64,000 bases of DNA from positions 384,001-448,000 of the forward strand of contig CBDDPY010000002.1 of the NCBI GenBank assembly GCA_965232515.1, in the 5' to 3' direction. The notes under the pieces were generated by a model. That model did no database searches. It had not been told where the DNA came from and saw only the letters and a list, made by a program, of their open reading frames with translations. Shown here piece by piece: positions 1-10,273 of the stretch (positions are counted from its first letter, which is position 1; each line of letters begins with the position of its first letter). This stretch comes from Alphaproteobacteria bacterium (GTDB lineage: Bacteria > Pseudomonadota > Alphaproteobacteria > GCA-2731375). Position numbers and translations under genes: made by a program.

Positions 1-717
1 GTTGAGAAAAATCTCGTCTCCAGGATCAACGGTTTCCGCAGCTTGGTCTTCGGCAATCTTCTGCGCCGACAACTGACCGCTCATACGGTCATAGTGAGAG
101 GTGTAAAAGAATGTCGGTACCAAATCCGAGATAAGATCGATTCCTCGGCAGAAGATGGACTGTTTCCTGTAGTCCGAGAATTGCTTCGATAACGCGGTGA
201 GTTTTTCGGTAGGCGCATCCTGGGCCGCAATCGCGTCAATTAGCTGCTTTGATGAGTTTGCCTTTTCGACAACCTTCTTTTCAGCAGCATTGAGACGCTT
301 TGTTGCGATAGCGTTCGCAATCGCCTTTGTTTCGTCGATAGAAAGTGTCCAAGTTGTTCGGTCAGTATTGTATTGCTTAAGGATCTTGAGTTCCCGAGAA
401 GTAACCGCGTCATCGCCAAATTCGTTGCACAGCCGTTCATGGGCCTCATCTGATAGCTCCCACCATGTCTCGACTACTACAGCGTCCTCGTCAGAGTGAC
501 GTTCCTTGTAGCGAGTCGCGAAACGCCTCGGATAGTCTTCTGTAACATCGAACGAAGTCTGTGCTGCCCCATACGGTCGGATCGACTGAAGGGCCGTTAG
601 TGTCGCCGTTTTTCCCGCTTCGTTCTTGCCGACGAGGCAACAAAGCTCGCCGACCGAAATCTTGCCGGTATCAAGAATGCATCTGAAGTTCTGGATACGC
701 ACATGAGTCAGCTTCAT
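1..717 (-). CDS. OLD-family / AAA ATPase (ATP-dependent nuclease-like), 3' end outside window
   Basis: Not in the ORF track because it runs off the edge. Manual translation from ATG 717: MKLTHVRIQNFRCILDTGKISVGELCCLVGKNEAGKTATL...DYPRRF, with Walker A GKNEAGKT after the typical 'I.NFR' start. Open to position 1; visibly lower GC than the rest of the window. Confidence 0.8.
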   Translation of the reverse strand, partial: MKLTHVRIQNFRCILDTGKISVGELCCLVGKNEAGKTATLTALQSIRPYGAAQTSFDVTEDYPRRFATRYKERHSDEDAVVVETWWELSDEAHERLCNEFGDDAVTSRELKILKQYNTDRTTWTLSIDETKAIANAIATKRLNAAEKKVVEKANSSKQLIDAIAAQDAPTEKLTALSKQFSDYRKQSIFCRGIDLISDLVPTFFYTSHYDRMSGQLSAQKIAEDQAAETVDPGDEIFLN

Positions 718-1285
718 GGGGTATGTCTCATTACAAAATCTATGAGAAGTAGATTAGAGAAATTGGTCGAACTCAACAAGATGATGTCCGTTTCGCAAGA
801 CATGAAAGGGCAAGCTAATTACCGCACATCTCAGTCCGCTAGAAACAGAGTAAGACTGCTAGAGTCGTTACGTTGTACGTGCGGCAAGCCGTAAGAAAAG
901 AAGACGCTCGGGCTATACGTGTGAACGGCGGCGATGGTCCAGCGTCGGCGCAGCAGGCCGTGCGGGCGGCTCCAGATGCGGTCGAGGGGGCTTGGGGGGC
1001 AGGCGGACTGGAAAAGTACGGTGCCGGCTCCAGTCGTCGAACAAGGTGGCGAAGGCTTTGTAGCTTTCGCTGCGCTTCCGCCAGCAGCGACTGGCATAAC
1101 TGCCGAAATAGGCCGTGCCGTCGATCGGCAGCCCCGCATGTCCGACCCCCTCGATCTGTCAGCAATTGCGGTCGGCAGAGAGGGCGGTTCCTTCTCATGA
1201 GGATCTGGCAGGATCGGCATGCCCATTGCACCGTGTGTTTCACACGGTCACGTGATGGGACGCACCTTGATCTGCGTCAGTTATA

Positions 1286-1306
1286 ATAATGAGAATCAAT
1301 TGCAAT
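1286..1306 (+). promoter_or_regulatory. Fur/Irr-like iron-responsive box (candidate)
   Basis: ATAATGAGAATCAATTGCAAT resembles the Fur consensus GATAATGATAATCATTATC; AT-rich patch about 40 bp upstream of the phosphatase start. Confidence 0.45.
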
Positions 1307-1347
1307 ATGTCTCCCAGCAAATACGTGAAACCCAAGGGAGATGACTG

Positions 1348-2022
1348 ATGCGTTTTTTCGTTAGAAGCGTTTTGCCCCGCCGCGTTCGAGCGCGCGCGAA
1401 GACAGTGACGGTGTTGTCGGCGCTGTCGCTGATGTTGACGGCCGGACTGGCCGCGACGGGCCAGCAAGCGACCGCGTCCGACATGACGAGCGCGCAGCTT
1501 GTCGATGCGCTGCGCGAAGGTGGCCACGTCGTATTCATTCGGCATGTGCGGACCGAGAAGGACTACGCCGATCAGGTGGATGCCGTGATGGGCGATTGCT
1601 CGACACAGCGCACGCTGAGCGAGGCGGGCTGGCGGGATGCCCGCGCCATGGCCGATGCCTTCGCGCGGTTGCGGATCCCGGTCGCCGACGTCACCAGCAG
1701 CGAATACTGCCGTGCCTGGCAGACTGCCGATCTCATCTTCGGCAACTACAACAAAACGCCGGATCTCAACTTCGAGCCCGCCGAGACATATAGCGCGGCG
1801 CAGACCAAGGCCATGCGCGACCGCGTCGTTCCGCATCTCGCGAAGGCGCCGGCGGCGGGCGTCAATACCGTGCTGGTCGGCCATGACGATCCGTTCGAGG
1901 CCGCGACCGGCATTTATCCCGAGCCCATGGGCGTCGTCTTCGTCATCCGCCCGCTCGGAAACAACGATTTCAAGGTGCTCGGCAGCATCGCGCCGGACGA
2001 GTGGTCGGCGCTCACCGACTGA
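1348..2022 (+). CDS. Secreted histidine phosphatase superfamily protein
   Basis: Signal peptide; VFIRH catalytic motif; SSEYCRAWQTA; LVGH. Confidence 0.85.
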   Translation: MRFFVRSVLPRRVRARAKTVTVLSALSLMLTAGLAATGQQATASDMTSAQLVDALREGGHVVFIRHVRTEKDYADQVDAVMGDCSTQRTLSEAGWRDARAMADAFARLRIPVADVTSSEYCRAWQTADLIFGNYNKTPDLNFEPAETYSAAQTKAMRDRVVPHLAKAPAAGVNTVLVGHDDPFEAATGIYPEPMGVVFVIRPLGNNDFKVLGSIAPDEWSALTD

Positions 2023-2056
2023 CACACGATGATGAATGGCATCGAGGAGGTGAGGC

Positions 2057-2266
2057 GTGGAAGACGATCCCGACAACGATCGCCTTTCGCATGACCTCCT
2101 CGATATCGTTCGGCAAGCCATGGGCGGCGGCGAATGTAGCGATGCCGCCGCCGCGCTGTGGGCGCTCGATATCTGCTGCGCCGACCGCGATTTGCGACGC
2201 ACGACGAAACGCCCGGATCAGCGTCCGTCCACCGTCGCCCACAAGCCGGCATTTCGACACTTTTAG
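2057..2266 (+). CDS. Small hypothetical protein (69 aa)
   Basis: GTG start preceded by a strong GAGGAGG Shine-Dalgarno; directly downstream of the phosphatase on the same strand. Confidence 0.35.
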   Translation: MEDDPDNDRLSHDLLDIVRQAMGGGECSDAAAALWALDICCADRDLRRTTKRPDQRPSTVAHKPAFRHF

Positions 2267-2362
2267 AACAATCGAAGCGGCCCGGAATTCAGCCGATTAT
2301 TCTGCTTGACCGTTCCTGTGCATGGGGTTGTTCCGCGATCTCCGCCGCGCGACCCCCCCCCT

Positions 2363-3412
2363 TTAGGGCGTCAGCACCATGCGGCCGACGATTTTGCCGT
2401 CGCGCAGGTCGCGCAGCGTCTGGTCGGCCTCGGCGAGCGGGCGGGTGGCGACGGGCAGCGGCTTGACCTTGCCGGCGACGACCAGGTCCATGAGCTCGCG
2501 CATCTCCTCGGGACTGCCCACGTAGGAGCCGCCGAGCATGATGTTCTTCAGCGGCAAGAGCGGCACCGACAGCTTCATCGAGCCGCCGAACAGGCCGACG
2601 ACGATCAGCATGCCGCCGTTCGCCAGCGCCTGCATGCCGAAGCCGGCTGACTTGTCCGAGCCGACGAAATCGACCGCGCCATTGGCGCCGCCGCTTGTCA
2701 GGCCGATCAGCTCCTTGCGCGCGCCGTCCGCCGTCGGGTTGATGACATGGTGGGCGCCGGCCGCCTTGGCGGTTTCCAGCTTGGCGTCGTCGATGTCGGC
2801 GACGATGATCGTCGTGTCCATCATCGCCTGCGCGATCATCAGGCCGGCAAGCCCGACGCCGCCGGCGCCGATGATCAGCAGGCTGCGGCCCTCGGCCCGG
2901 CTCTGCACCTTCTTCAGCGCGCCGTAGGCGGTGATGCCCGAGCAGGCGTAGGTGCAGGCGAGCGGCGTGTCGACGTCGCCATAGGCGTAGAGGAAGCGGG
3001 CGTTGGGCACCATGACATGGTCGGCGTAGCCGCCGTCGGCGTTGACGCCGAGCGCGCGGGGGCGAGGGCAGAGATGGTCGCCGCCGGAGTTGCAGGCCGG
3101 GCAGTCGCCGCAGCCGATCCAGGGATAGACCACGGCCTTGTCGCCGACATTGGCGCCCGTGGCCTGGTCGCCCATCGCCTCGACCACGCCGACGATCTCG
3201 TGACCCAGCGTCAGCGGCAGGCTGTGGCTGCGCGACAGATCGGCCTTGCGGTCGTCGCCGAGGTCGAAGTAGCCGTCCCACAGATGGATGTCGCTGTGGC
3301 AGACGCCGCAGGCCTCGACCCGCACCAGCACTTCCGTGCCCGTCGGCGCCGGCGTCTCGCCCTCCACGGCCCGCAAGGGCTCGCCATACTTGTCGAACTG
3401 ATAGCTGCGCAT
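2363..3412 (-). CDS. Zinc-dependent alcohol dehydrogenase
   Basis: CGVCHSD, GHE, CGDCPAC...C structural Zn site, GAGGVG Rossmann motif. Start 3412 or 3445. Confidence 0.93.
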   Translation of the reverse strand: MRSYQFDKYGEPLRAVEGETPAPTGTEVLVRVEACGVCHSDIHLWDGYFDLGDDRKADLSRSHSLPLTLGHEIVGVVEAMGDQATGANVGDKAVVYPWIGCGDCPACNSGGDHLCPRPRALGVNADGGYADHVMVPNARFLYAYGDVDTPLACTYACSGITAYGALKKVQSRAEGRSLLIIGAGGVGLAGLMIAQAMMDTTIIVADIDDAKLETAKAAGAHHVINPTADGARKELIGLTSGGANGAVDFVGSDKSAGFGMQALANGGMLIVVGLFGGSMKLSVPLLPLKNIMLGGSYVGSPEEMRELMDLVVAGKVKPLPVATRPLAEADQTLRDLRDGKIVGRMVLTP

Positions 3413-3801
3413 GTCCCGCTGTCCCTGGTTGTCCGTTCGCGCCATTCATAGCCGTCCGACGGTTCGCTGGCCAGCCCGCCGTGCGGGGTTTTGGCCGCGT
3501 TCACGCGAATGAAGGTTGCCCTGCCGGCATGCACAACGTTAAATATGCCCCAGCCAATAACAAACGTCTGTACGTCAGGGAGCGCATCTATGACGGGTTG
3601 CCGTGCCTGCTAGCCGTCGGAACCGGCCACCGCCGCTTGGCCCGGCTTGAGTACGAAGCCGCAATGCCATCCGCCAACCATTGAAACCGTTGCAAGCGCA
3701 TGCCGTCATGGCCGTGATCCGGCTGCTTGGCCGCGCGGGGAAGCTCTGATCTTGATTCACCACCATTGCGAACGGCCGCCGGCGGCCGCGGGGGCGCGCC
3801 G

Positions 3802-4574
3802 ATGACTGTCATGCCGCTGCTCCGCGTCGAGGACGTGTCGGTGCATTTCGGCGGCATCGTCGCCCTCGACGGCGTCAGCTTTGATCTCGACGAAGGCTTG
3901 ATCGTCGGCCTGATCGGGCCGAACGGCGCCGGCAAGACCACGCTCTTCAATTGCCTCAGCCGGCTTTACACGCCGAGCACCGGCGAGATCGCCTTCCGCG
4001 GCCAGTCGATCCTGCAATCGCCGCCGCACGGCATCGCCACCATGGGCATCGGCCGGACGTTCCAGAACCTGGCGCTGTTCCCGACGCTGTCGGTGCTCGA
4101 CAACGTGATGATCGGCGGCCATTGCCGCACCCGCAGCGATTTCTTCTCGAACGCGCTGCGGCTGCCCTGGGTCAGCCGCGAGGAAGCGGCGCTGCGCGCC
4201 CGGGCCATGGACCTGATCGCCTATCTCGATCTCGAAGACCTGGCCGAGGTCGCGGTCAGCGAACTGCCGTTCGGCACCCAGAAGCGGGTCGAGTTGGGCC
4301 GGGCACTGGCGGCCGAACCGAAACTGCTGCTGCTGGACGAGCCGGCCGGCGGCCTGAATCACGACGAGGTCGATCACTTGAAGTCCCAGATCCGCGCCAT
4401 CCGCGACGACCGCGACATCTCGGTGCTGCTGGTCGAGCACCACATGAACCTGGTGATGGACGTCTCGGACAAGGTCGTGGCGCTCGATTTCGGCCGCAAG
4501 ATCGGCGACGGCACGCCGGACGAAGTACGCGCCAACCCGGAAGTGATCCGGGCCTATCTCGGGACCGACGAATA

Positions 4575-4575
<1 letters not shown>
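3802..4575 (+). CDS. livG: Branched-chain amino acid-type ABC transporter ATP-binding protein
   Basis: GPNGAGKTT, RTFQN, LLLLDEPAGGL, EHHM, AYLG. Confidence 0.9.
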
Positions 4576-5288
<713 letters not shown>

Positions 5289-5303
5289 CGGCGGGCCCGA
5301 GCA

Positions 5304-6182
5304 ATGGATCTGTTTCTGCAACAAACACTTGCCGGTCTTGCGATCGGCGGCGTCTATGCCAGCGTCGCGCTGGCCGTGGTGATGATTTACCAGGCCACGG
5401 ACCACTTCAATTTCGCGCAAGGCGAGATGGCCATGTTCAGCACCTTCGTGGCCTGGTCGCTGATCACGTACGGCCTGCCCTACTGGCTGGCCTTCTTCGT
5501 GACGGTCGCTCTCTCGTTCGCCGGCGGTCTCGCTATCGAACGCATTATCGTGCGGCCGGTCGAGAAGGCGCCGGTGCTGAACCAGATCATCGTCTTCATC
5601 GGCCTGCTGGTGATCTTCAACTCGGTCGCAGGCTGGATCTTCGAGCATACGATCAAGCCGTTCCCCAGCCCGTTCCCGGAACAACCGCTGTTCGGCAACA
5701 ACTATATCGGCATGCACGATACCGGCGTGATCGGCGTTACCATGATCATGCTGGCGCTGGTCTTCGTGTTCGTGCGGCACACGCCATTGGGCCTCGCCAT
5801 GCGGGCGGCGGCGCAGAACCCCGACTCGGCCAAGCTGGTCGGCGTCCGCGTCGGCTGGATGCTGGCGATCGGCTGGGGGCTGGCCGCCGCGATCGGCAGC
5901 GTCGCCGGCATGATGATCGCGCCGGTCGTGTTCCTCGAACCCAACATGATGGTCGGCATTCTGCTCTACGGCTTCGCCGGCGCCCTGCTGGGCGGCGTTA
6001 CCAGCCCGGGCGGCGCCGTGATCGGCGGCTTTATGGTCGGCGTGCTGGAGAATCTCGTCGGCACCTACGTACCGTTCGTCGGCAACGAGTTGAAGCTCAC
6101 CGTGGCGTTGGTGCTGATCGTCGCCGTCCTGTTGTTCAAGCCGGCCGGCCTGTTCGGCATCGTCACCGTGAAGAGGGTCTGA
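5304..6182 (+). CDS. livH: Branched-chain amino acid-type ABC permease
   Basis: NFAQGE motif, GLAMRAAAQN, multiple TM helices. Confidence 0.9.
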   Translation: MDLFLQQTLAGLAIGGVYASVALAVVMIYQATDHFNFAQGEMAMFSTFVAWSLITYGLPYWLAFFVTVALSFAGGLAIERIIVRPVEKAPVLNQIIVFIGLLVIFNSVAGWIFEHTIKPFPSPFPEQPLFGNNYIGMHDTGVIGVTMIMLALVFVFVRHTPLGLAMRAAAQNPDSAKLVGVRVGWMLAIGWGLAAAIGSVAGMMIAPVVFLEPNMMVGILLYGFAGALLGGVTSPGGAVIGGFMVGVLENLVGTYVPFVGNELKLTVALVLIVAVLLFKPAGLFGIVTVKRV

Positions 6183-6185
6183 GCC

Positions 6186-7196
6186 ATGGCGATCGCCCGC
6201 GAAACCGAAGCCGCCGCGATCAAGGTCGGCGGCGCCAGCGTCAGCCGCACCAGGCTGCTGGTGCTGATCGCCGTCGCCGTGGTGGCCTGCGTGCTGCCGT
6301 TCCTGGTCAGCGACTACCGCACCTTCCAGTTCACGCTGGCGCTGATCTACGCCATCGCGCTCCTGGGCCTGAACATCCTCACCGGCTACAACGGCCAGTT
6401 TTCGCTCGGCCACGGCGCCTTCTATGCGGTCGGCGCCTATACCGCGGCCGTGCTGATGGACCATTGGGAGGTCGCCTACTACTGGACCATTCCGGCCGCA
6501 GGTCTCGCCTGCTTCATCGCCGGCTTCCTGTTCGGCTTCCCGGCCCTGCGGCTAGAAGGATTATACCTGGCGCTGGCGACATTCGCGCTGGCCATCGCGA
6601 CGCCGCAGATCCTGAAATACGATGCGCTCGAGAAATGGACCGGCGGCGTGCAGGGCATCGTCATTATCAAGCCGGACCCGCCGTTCGGCTTGCCGTTGTC
6701 GCAGGATCAGTGGCTCTACTTTTTTACGCTCGGCGTTCTGGCGATCCTGTTCTTGTGCGGTTGGAACCTGCTGCGCGGCCGCACCGGTCGGGCCATGATG
6801 GCGATCCGAGACAACCCGATCGCGGCCTCGGCGCTGGGCGTAAATACGGGCATGTACAAGACGCTCACCTTCGGCGTCAGCGCGCTTTACACCGGCGTCG
6901 CCGGCGCGCTGGGCGCCATCGTCATCCAGTTCGTCGCGCCCGACAGCTTCAACCTGTTCCTGTCGGTGACGCTGCTGGTCGGTCTCGTGGTCGGTGGTAT
7001 CGCCTCGATTCCGGGCGCGATCTTCGGCGGGGTCTTCATCGTCTTCATTCCGAACGTCGCGGAGGAGATCTCGAAAGCCGCGCCCTGGGCCATCTACGGC
7101 GTCTTTCTGATCCTGTTCATGTATGTCATGCCGACCGGTATCTGGGGCGCGATCCGGCGAGCCTATGCCTGGCTTGTCCGGCAGCGGCCGGCTTAA
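6186..7196 (+). CDS. livM: Branched-chain amino acid-type ABC permease
   Basis: GLNILTGYNGQFSLGHGAFY, RLEGLYLALAT, GRAMMAIRDN. Confidence 0.9.
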   Translation: MAIARETEAAAIKVGGASVSRTRLLVLIAVAVVACVLPFLVSDYRTFQFTLALIYAIALLGLNILTGYNGQFSLGHGAFYAVGAYTAAVLMDHWEVAYYWTIPAAGLACFIAGFLFGFPALRLEGLYLALATFALAIATPQILKYDALEKWTGGVQGIVIIKPDPPFGLPLSQDQWLYFFTLGVLAILFLCGWNLLRGRTGRAMMAIRDNPIAASALGVNTGMYKTLTFGVSALYTGVAGALGAIVIQFVAPDSFNLFLSVTLLVGLVVGGIASIPGAIFGGVFIVFIPNVAEEISKAAPWAIYGVFLILFMYVMPTGIWGAIRRAYAWLVRQRPA

Positions 7197-7272
7197 CTCT
7201 ACAAGATGCGCCCGACACGCTAAGATCGTTTTCTGAGAGGCCCGGCTTCGGGCACCAAGGGAGGATTAAAGT

Positions 7273-8499
7273 ATGATGTTAACCAAACGTGCACTCATGG
7301 CCGCTGTCGCGACCGTCGCCGTCGCCGGACTGGCGGGAACGGCGTCGGCCGACAAAATGTACGGTCCCGGCGTCAGCGACACCGAGATCAAGATCGGCAA
7401 TACCAACCCCTACAGCGGCCCGGCGTCGGCTTACGGCACCATTGGCAAGGCTATCCAGGCCTATTTTGACAAAATCAACGCCGAGGGCGGCATCAACGGC
7501 CGCAAGCTCAACTTCGTGACCCTCGACGATGGCTACAGCCCGCCGAAGACGGTCGAGCAGGTCCGCAAGCTGGTCGAGAAGGAACAGGTGGCGATGCTGT
7601 TCCAGACGCTCGGCACGCCGACCAACACGGCGATCCACAAGTACATCAACGCCAAGAAGGTGCCGCACCTCTTCGTCGCCACGGGCGCGACCAAGTGGGG
7701 CCAGCCGAAGAAGTTCCCCTGGACCATGGGCTGGCAGCCGAACTACCAGGCCGAAGCCAAGGTTTATGCGAAATACATTCTGGACAACCAGCCGGGCGCC
7801 AAGGTCGCCGTGCTCTATCAGAACGACGACTACGGCAAGGACTATCTCGAAGGCTTCAAGGCCGGCCTTGGCGACAAGGCGGATTCGATGATCGTTTCCG
7901 CACTGCCCTACGAGGTCACCGACCCGACGGTCGACTCACAGATCGTCAGCATGAAGAACAGCGGCGCCACCGTGTTCTTCAACATCACCACGCCGAAGTT
8001 CGCGGCTCAGGCGATCCGCAAGGCCCACGACATCGGCTGGAAGCCGCTGCACTTCCTGAACAACGTGTCGTCGTCGGTCGGTTCGGTGCTGACACCGGCC
8101 GGTCTCGACAAGTCCGTCGGCATTATCACCGCCCAGTACCAGAAGGATCCGACCGATCCGCAATGGCAGGACAGCCAGGCCTACAAGGACTGGAACGCCT
8201 GGATGGACCAGTACTATCCGGGTGGCGACAAGAACGACGTGTCGAACGCCTACGGCTACAGTGTCGCCCAGACGCTGGAGCATGTCCTGCGCGCCGCCGG
8301 TGACAATCTGACCCGCGAAAACCTGATGAAGGAAGCCGCGAACATCCAGAACCTGGAGCTGCCGATGCTGCTGCCGGGCGTCACCATCAACACCAGCCCG
8401 AGCGATTTCTATCCCATCGAGGGCATGATGCTGTCGAAGTTCGACGGCCAGAAGTGGGAGCTGTTCGGCGACGTGATCGATCCGAGCAAGGGCAGCTAA
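7273..8499 (+). CDS. ABC transporter substrate-binding protein (Liv/type 1 fold)
   Basis: Signal peptide; GVSDTEIKIG, INAEGGINGRK, DDGYSPPKT; GAGGA RBS. Confidence 0.9.
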   Translation: MMLTKRALMAAVATVAVAGLAGTASADKMYGPGVSDTEIKIGNTNPYSGPASAYGTIGKAIQAYFDKINAEGGINGRKLNFVTLDDGYSPPKTVEQVRKLVEKEQVAMLFQTLGTPTNTAIHKYINAKKVPHLFVATGATKWGQPKKFPWTMGWQPNYQAEAKVYAKYILDNQPGAKVAVLYQNDDYGKDYLEGFKAGLGDKADSMIVSALPYEVTDPTVDSQIVSMKNSGATVFFNITTPKFAAQAIRKAHDIGWKPLHFLNNVSSSVGSVLTPAGLDKSVGIITAQYQKDPTDPQWQDSQAYKDWNAWMDQYYPGGDKNDVSNAYGYSVAQTLEHVLRAAGDNLTRENLMKEAANIQNLELPMLLPGVTINTSPSDFYPIEGMMLSKFDGQKWELFGDVIDPSKGS

Positions 8500-8528
8500 C
8501 ACCCGAGGCCTATCGGTCCGAAAAATTG

Positions 8529-8559
8529 GAAGCCGCCGGGAAACCGGCGGCTTCTTTTT
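8529..8559 (+). terminator. Rho-independent terminator
   Basis: GAAGCCGCCGG-GAAA-CCGGCGGCTTC followed by TTTTT, just after the binding-protein stop. Confidence 0.8.
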
Positions 8560-8644
8560 ATTGGCGAATTCGCGGTAACGCATCGCAGTTCGCCGGTCAT
8601 GGTATAACGCGGTCCAGCACGTGGCATGGGGAGGAACTGTAGGC

Positions 8645-10273
8645 ATGGTTTGGCCGACGGCGGGGCGCTGGCGCATGCGGCACGAGCTGCACTATGGCGA
8701 TCGCTTGGTGCGCTGCTTCGCCGAGCGTGCGCCGAACCTCGACACGCTTCTGCGCCGGACCGTGGCCGCCTATCCGGACAATGATGCCCTGGTCAGCGGC
8801 GAACAGCGGATTAGCTATGCCGAGCTCGACGATGCTGTCGAACAGGTCGCCGGCAACCTCGCCGGCATGGGCGTGGGCAAGGGCGACCGTGTGGCCATCC
8901 TGTTGGGCAACCGGCCGGAGTTCCTGTACGTCAATCTGGCGTGCGCTCGCCTGGGCGCCATCGCCGTGCCGATGAACGTTCGGCAGCGACGTCCCGAGAA
9001 TGAATATGCTTTGGCCCATTGCGGCGCGGTCGCGCTGATCTTCGAAGCGGATTTGGTGGCCGAGCTGCCGTCCCCCGAGAGCGTTCCTGTGCTGCGGCAT
9101 CGCTTTGTCGTCGGCGGTCGGGCGGCAGGCGCGGCGCCGTTCGAGACGCTGATGCAACCCGCCGCCGCGCCGGCCGTCGAAATCGACGAGGATGACGCCT
9201 GCACGATTCTCTACACGTCCGGCACGACGGGGCGGCCGAAGGGCGCCATGCTGACCCATTTCGGCCAAATCCAGTCGCTCAAACATTTCGAGATGGGCAT
9301 GAGGCTACAGCCGGGCGTGGAGCGCACTATCCTCTGCGTGCCCGGCAGTCACGTTACCGGGCTAACGGCCGTGCTTTTGACGATGATCGCCGTCGGTGGC
9401 TGCACCGTGCTGATGCCTGCCTTCAAGGCCGACGCGTTCGTGGCGCTGGCGGCGCGCGAGCGCATTACCGTCTCGATCCTGGTACCGGCCATGTACAACC
9501 TCTGCCTGCTGCAGCCGCGGTTCCGTGAATTCGACCTGTCGGCTTGGCGGGTCGGCGGCTTCGGCGGCGCGCCTATGCCGACGGCGACCATCGCGGCCCT
9601 GGCCGAAGAGCTGCCGAACCTGCAACTGATGAATGCTTACGGCGCCACCGAGGCGACCTCGCCGGCGACCCTGATGCCGCTCGGCCAAACCGCTGGGCGC
9701 GAAGACAGCGTCGGCCGGGTGCTGCCGTGTTCCGATATTCTTGTGATGGACGACGACGGCCGCGAGGTGGCGGCCGGCGAGAGTGGCGAGATCTGGATCG
9801 GCGGCGCGAACGTGGTGCCGGGCTACTGGAACAACGGGACGGCGAATGCGGAGACGTTCGTCGGCGGCTATTGGCGGTCCGGCGACATCGGATCGATCGA
9901 TGCCGACGGCTATGTACGCGTGTTCGACCGCAAGAAGGACATGATCAACCGGGCCGGCTTCAAGGTCTACAGCGCGGAGGTCGAGAACGTGCTGAGCCAT
10001 CATCCCGATATCGTCGAGGCCGCCGTCGTCGCGCGTCCCGACCCGGTGCTGGGCGAGAAGGTCCAGGCCTTTGTCGTCGCGAACGGCGATGCCCGCAATC
10101 CCGAGCGGGTGCGCGCCTTCTGCGCCGAACGCATGTCCGACTACAAGGTGCCGGATTTCGTCACCTATCTGGACGACGCCCTGCCGCGCAACGCCAACGG
10201 CAAAATTCTGAAACCGGTGCTGCGGGAGATGGTCGACGCCGAGATCGGGTCCGAAACGGAGGCGGCCGAATGA
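8645..10273 (+). CDS. Acyl-CoA synthetase (class I adenylate-forming enzyme)
   Basis: YTSGTTGRPKG, YGATE, SGDIG, DRKKDMI, LPRNANGK. Start approximate. Confidence 0.92.
   Translation: MVWPTAGRWRMRHELHYGDRLVRCFAERAPNLDTLLRRTVAAYPDNDALVSGEQRISYAELDDAVEQVAGNLAGMGVGKGDRVAILLGNRPEFLYVNLACARLGAIAVPMNVRQRRPENEYALAHCGAVALIFEADLVAELPSPESVPVLRHRFVVGGRAAGAAPFETLMQPAAAPAVEIDEDDACTILYTSGTTGRPKGAMLTHFGQIQSLKHFEMGMRLQPGVERTILCVPGSHVTGLTAVLLTMIAVGGCTVLMPAFKADAFVALAARERITVSILVPAMYNLCLLQPRFREFDLSAWRVGGFGGAPMPTATIAALAEELPNLQLMNAYGATEATSPATLMPLGQTAGREDSVGRVLPCSDILVMDDDGREVAAGESGEIWIGGANVVPGYWNNGTANAETFVGGYWRSGDIGSIDADGYVRVFDRKKDMINRAGFKVYSAEVENVLSHHPDIVEAAVVARPDPVLGEKVQAFVVANGDARNPERVRAFCAERMSDYKVPDFVTYLDDALPRNANGKILKPVLREMVDAEIGSETEAAE

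Noticed and set aside
831-1286. Several overlapping 88-137 aa ORFs on both strands
   Set aside because: No motifs, no convincing RBS, and the frames conflict; I cannot choose a real gene.
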